Positions 60,201-64,000 of a stretch of DNA of 64,000 nt are shown piece after piece. Position 1 is the stretch's first letter. Every line of letters starts with the position of its first letter. The stretch is from Vitrella brassicaformis CCMP3155 (taxonomy: Eukaryota > Protista > Chromerida). The DNA lies in assembly GCA_001179505.1 (NCBI GenBank), contig CDMY01000225.1:62001-126000 (forward strand), read 5' to 3'. The notes beneath the pieces are model-generated. The model saw only the letters and a program-made list of their open reading frames with translations, was not told where the DNA came from and made no database searches. The position numbers were made by a program, and so were the translations under genes.

Positions 60201-61135
60201 AAGGACCTCTTTCATTCTCACTGCCATTCATCGACCCCCTGCTGCCCCCAAACACCTCGGGCGTCTTCGCCGACTCGATGAGCCGACTCGCCAGTGTCAT
60301 CCCAAGCGTGCACTGGCGCATACCCAGCAACCCGCAGACACTTGCCGCACTCGACACCCCTACCGAGGACGAGAAGCGCCTCGCCTCCACTTTCACCTTC
60401 AGCAAAGCCACTGTGGTATCGGTGCGCTGTGATGCCCTCCCTGACAACGGCCCTGCCCCCATTCCCGCTATTCTGCCCCACCTGCCACTCGACGCACACC
60501 CAAATGCCACCCGCCTGGAGATCCACAGCGGCAACAGACGCGGCGTTGTCGAGCTGCTGGCTGCCAAGATGCCTGCGTTGGGAGAGGTGAGTGTCCGTCA
60601 CTGGAGGCAGGGAATCCAGTTTGGCTGTTGGCTGGGCCAGCTGAGGTCATGGGGGTGCTCAAGGCGATCGGCCCAGACAAGAAACTGACGAAGGTGGAGG
60701 TGTGTGTGGACGGCCTGGGGGAGGGCGGGCTGCAGTGGGGTGAGGAGAAGGAGCAGCTGCCTGAGATAGAACAGTTGGAGTGTTTTGTCGGTACGTACAC
60801 ATGTGGGGGCAACACGGGTACTGATGCATGGAAGAACGATGGACGGCTCGTTGATCTCTCTGCGTGTGTATTCAGTGCCTGACATCACTGGCGAGTCGTT
60901 GAGGGCGAGTGCTGAGGCCGCCGCCACGACTGTTGGATCCCTGATGAAGCTGAGAGCCATCCACAAGGCCACCGTCGGCTTTCTCGGCGTCCCCAGTCGG
61001 CGGAAGAAGGCCACAGCAGAAGCCTTTGAGCGACAGATCAGCACGGGGTCGTCGGACGGCTTCAGCGTGACGATGCAGATGGCACCGGCGGGGAAGGAGC
61101 CCTCGGTGTCACTGACTGCTTCTCGACCGCCTTAA
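57216..61135 (+). CDS. Skp1 domain fused to an F-box-like motif and a long LRR-like C-terminal region (N-terminal low-complexity exon joining uncertain; Skp1 starts at 58223)
   Basis: MTLRLQAAGGEVAVDRRAACMSGLVQSL..DSIPLLNVRELPLRKVMDYCEHH..VDEWDVRYL..TLCDVITTASYLDVAPLVELLQAKIAFELMKKTP. This continues in frame to SKLPCDLLLTTLAYLPLRLL..YTHLVID and ends at stop 61133-61135. Confidence 0.75.
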
Positions 61136-61663
61136 TTGACGTGTCGCAGGTGAGCGAACAAACACAGATCTGAAATATGAATGGTTGGTCATTTACATGT
61201 CGGTTTTAGGCCATGGGTGCGAGTCCGAGGCCATGGCGGTAGCGTACGATAGAGGGAGGGAGGGAGGAGGGAGGGAGAGAGGGTTGCTCTTCTGCATGTT
61301 GATAGTGGGACAATGAATGCGGAAGTTAACAACCGAACCATGGCCAAGTTGGAATGGGTCACTGGATCGGTATACGTTGCCTGGCGGCTGGGTGTCGTAT
61401 GGAGGTCATTGAATGTCTGCACAGAGGGCGGCCAAGTGGACAATCCACACAAACGACACGACAGGCCTTAACTAATGTCTCTCTAGTTGGTATGTGTCAG
61501 TCACATGTCCACTACCCGACGAGGTGCGCGAAAAGGTGGTGCTTCGGCCGGCGAAGCTCGCCGGCGGCTCTTCGGCATCTCCACCTCCGGGCATGAAACC
61601 CTGGAATCGTTGAGCATGCAGCAGGGGGGGCAAGAGGGGGCCAGGCCAGCCTGCGTGGCAAAG

Positions 61664-64000
61664 ATGTGGGGTTTGCTGCACACGCAGCGCAGCCCCCGTC
61701 TGCAGGGCCAGGGGGGCGACAGTGTGAGAGACGGCCACAGCCGCCCCAGTGGTGTTGAAGAGGCGTGCTACATCCAGCTGCCGAGAGTCGACGAAGGCGA
61801 CGATGCCGCACAGCAGGCCAAGCAGCAGGCCATCCACCACACACAGACGTCGACAGACCATCCCAAGGTCACCCTGCAATGCCCTTGTGGCACAGTGACC
61901 AGCGGCTGCCTCTGATGAGTGGTGTCTGTGTGCGTCTGTCTGTCCACTGCAGATGGCGTCGGCGTCGAGTGAGCATATTCCTCTGCTGCTGGACGATGGC
62001 CAAGGGCTGATGGAGCCCCAGCTGCCGGACGTCACCGATGACATCACCAAGGCACCGAGACGCTTCGAGCAGGTGGGCTGGTGTGAGTCGACTCTGAGGC
62101 CTCTCGGACGTCTGTGTGTCATCTGCAGGTCCCCTTGGTGGGTGCCCCGGCCGCCGACGATTGGGAACCGACGGACGCACTGAAAGACAGCATCAAGAAG
62201 GCCATCGAGGAATCAGATGTGGAGGGCCTGCGGAAGGTCCTCGACGGTCTGTCGCCTGAGCAAACCGAGAAAGCCCTGACGACTGGAAAGTGGAACCACG
62301 ACTTCCTGACATCTGCCATTCACTATGCCGCATGTATGCATCGTCGCATCACAACACACACATGATGATGCAGCTGCCTGGCCCCTGTGTGTGCTCCTCA
62401 GGGGAGCGTAAGGATGTGGCGGTGTTTGAGGTGCTGCTGGACAACAGACGCCACCTGCTCAACCTGAAAGATAAGAAGGTATCGTGCTCGACAATTACAC
62501 TCATTCTGCCCATTGGCTGACCGATCTTCTCACTCCTACCCTCATGATGTGTCTGTAGTATGGCGGGACGCCCCTTCATTTGGCAGCAGGAGAAGGGTTA
62601 GTTGGTGTTGTAGAGAAGTTTGTCGAGTGGGGCGGAAAGGAGCTGCTGGAAGCTCGGACCAAGGTAAGGACGAGGGGACGTCGACTGGTGCATTGAACAG
62701 CATGTGTCTTCTTCATTTTGTGTCTATAGTTTGGCAACACGCCTCTTCATTGTGCAGCAAGAAAGGGGTCAGTTTGGGTTGTGGAGAAGTTTGTCGAGTG
62801 GGGCGGAAAGGAGCTGCTGGAAGCTCGTGACAATGTAAGGATGAGGGAATGTCGACTGGTGCATTGGACAGCATGTGTCTCTTTCATGCTGTGGATGTAG
62901 AGTGGCGAGACGCCTCTTTATTGGGCAGCAAGTCAGTCCCTCCTGCAAATGACAGCCACACAAGTGCATGAGTCTTCAACGTGTCTCTTGGGAATGGCAG
63001 TGTCGATGTGGTGGAGTGGATGTTGAGGGTGAACCCACAGCTCCTGAAGATCCAAGACAAAGTAAGTTGCACTGCACCTATCGAGCCCCGTGCCTGAACT
63101 GTCCCTGGTTATGTGACTCTGATAGAACGGAAGGACGCCTGTCGATGCTACCCTCAAGAGAAAAAAGGAGCCGAAAGTCCTCGCTGCGATGGTTGTGTTG
63201 GTTGAGGACCTGGCTGTGAAGCTGGTCGAGCGGGGCGCGAAAATGGAAGATGTGACCGCTCAGGATCTCAAGGAGATGGTGCCCCTCACGAAGGGATACC
63301 TGAAGGACCGCTCTGAGTCGCTGGGCCTCGGCAGCCTTCGCTTGTGTGCCATCTTCCGCAAGCTGATGCAGACACGACAGAAGGACTCCCTCACAGAGTG
63401 CGATTGAACAGAAGGGAAGCGATACAATGCTGACATCTGTATGTCTGTGTGAGTACCTGCAGTGACATCGGGACCGTTGCGGACTGGCAGGAAGTAATCA
63501 GGAAGGAACACACACACCTGCATTCTGCATTGACCCATCGGTTCAGGCGCTCACGGCGACTTTCTGCAGCGATACAGACGAAGCCTTGTTCCGAAACTCA
63601 CTTGCAGGCAGAGAGAGAGTGGTTTGCGCTGCTCGAGTCTGCGGAGCCCCTGACAGTAGTGACTCAAGGTAGCCAACACAGAGACTTCCCCCCTGTCTAT
63701 GTCAAGGCGCTCGTTTCTCCTCCCCCTTCCTGCTGCGAATGATTGTGATAGCCAACTGCATCTCTCTTGTCGAGAAGCACTGGCAACCACCGTACGAAGG
63801 AGGGCCGACGATACCCCTATCGCCCCGCGATGTCTTCATTACCCGCGTGCTGTCAATGCTGTTGATGTAAGACGGCAGCTATGGACCACAATGGAGGCAG
63901 AGAGAGCGCATGGCATCTCTTCTCTGTGTGCTTTGCAGGGTGGCCTTTGTGCTGCTGCACATCGAGTCCATCAAGGGGGACAGCATGATTGAGAGTGCCG
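61664..64000 (+). CDS. Ankyrin-repeat TRP-like channel, copy 3 (5' part; runs off the window; tandem ankyrin exon duplication; one acceptor apparently deleted)
   Basis: Near-identical first exons to copies 1 and 2. Duplicated 105-nt exons at 62559-62663 and 62730-62834. The polypyrimidine-CAG acceptor is missing at 62990. Confidence 0.7.

Noticed and set aside
304-63992. The many long CV/HT-rich, antisense and N-spanning ORFs in the supplied track
   Set aside because: These are translations of intronic (GT)n/(CA)n repeats, GC-rich antisense frames or gaps, not independent genes.
1-64000. rRNA, tRNA or snoRNA genes
   Set aside because: None recognised by eye. A covariance-model scan (tRNAscan-SE, Infernal/Rfam) would be needed to exclude small intronic RNAs.

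Overview
This is intron-dense eukaryotic nuclear DNA. Short GT-AG introns are full of (CA)n/(GT)n/(GGAT)n microsatellites, and several genes have bipartite plastid leaders. These features fit a chromerid alveolate, most likely Vitrella brassicaformis (inference). About 20 spliced genes were reconstructed by eye, and most sit in compact head-to-head pairs. Housekeeping genes: COG5, mercaptopyruvate sulfurtransferase, an MgtE Mg2+ transporter, a plastidic phosphate translocator, RsmG, a TOM1-like VHS-GAT protein, a UBP1-associated-protein-2-like RRM protein and a J-domain protein. The unusual content is: (1) five copies of a degenerate FKBP-like domain, found stand-alone, plastid-targeted, or fused behind an RNF5/RMA1-type RING or a double BTB; (2) a Skp1 domain fused in cis to an F-box-like/LRR-like protein; (3) a plastid-targeted protein with two retropepsin domains, two SAP/ARMET-like motifs and a STI1-like tail; (4) three ankyrin-TRP channel paralogues, each with an apparent lesion, one carrying a 328-bp TSD-flanked insertion; (5) a small intronless phage-like Cys4 protein; (6) a giant mucin/FN3-like/PAN-like secreted protein with an in-frame TAG; and (7) recurrent promoter-proximal motifs (CAGATCTG, CAGGGTTT/AAACCCTG). 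There are two 300-N assembly gaps. No rRNA, tRNA or CRISPR array was seen. All exon structures, domain calls and motif counts are manual and unverified by search.
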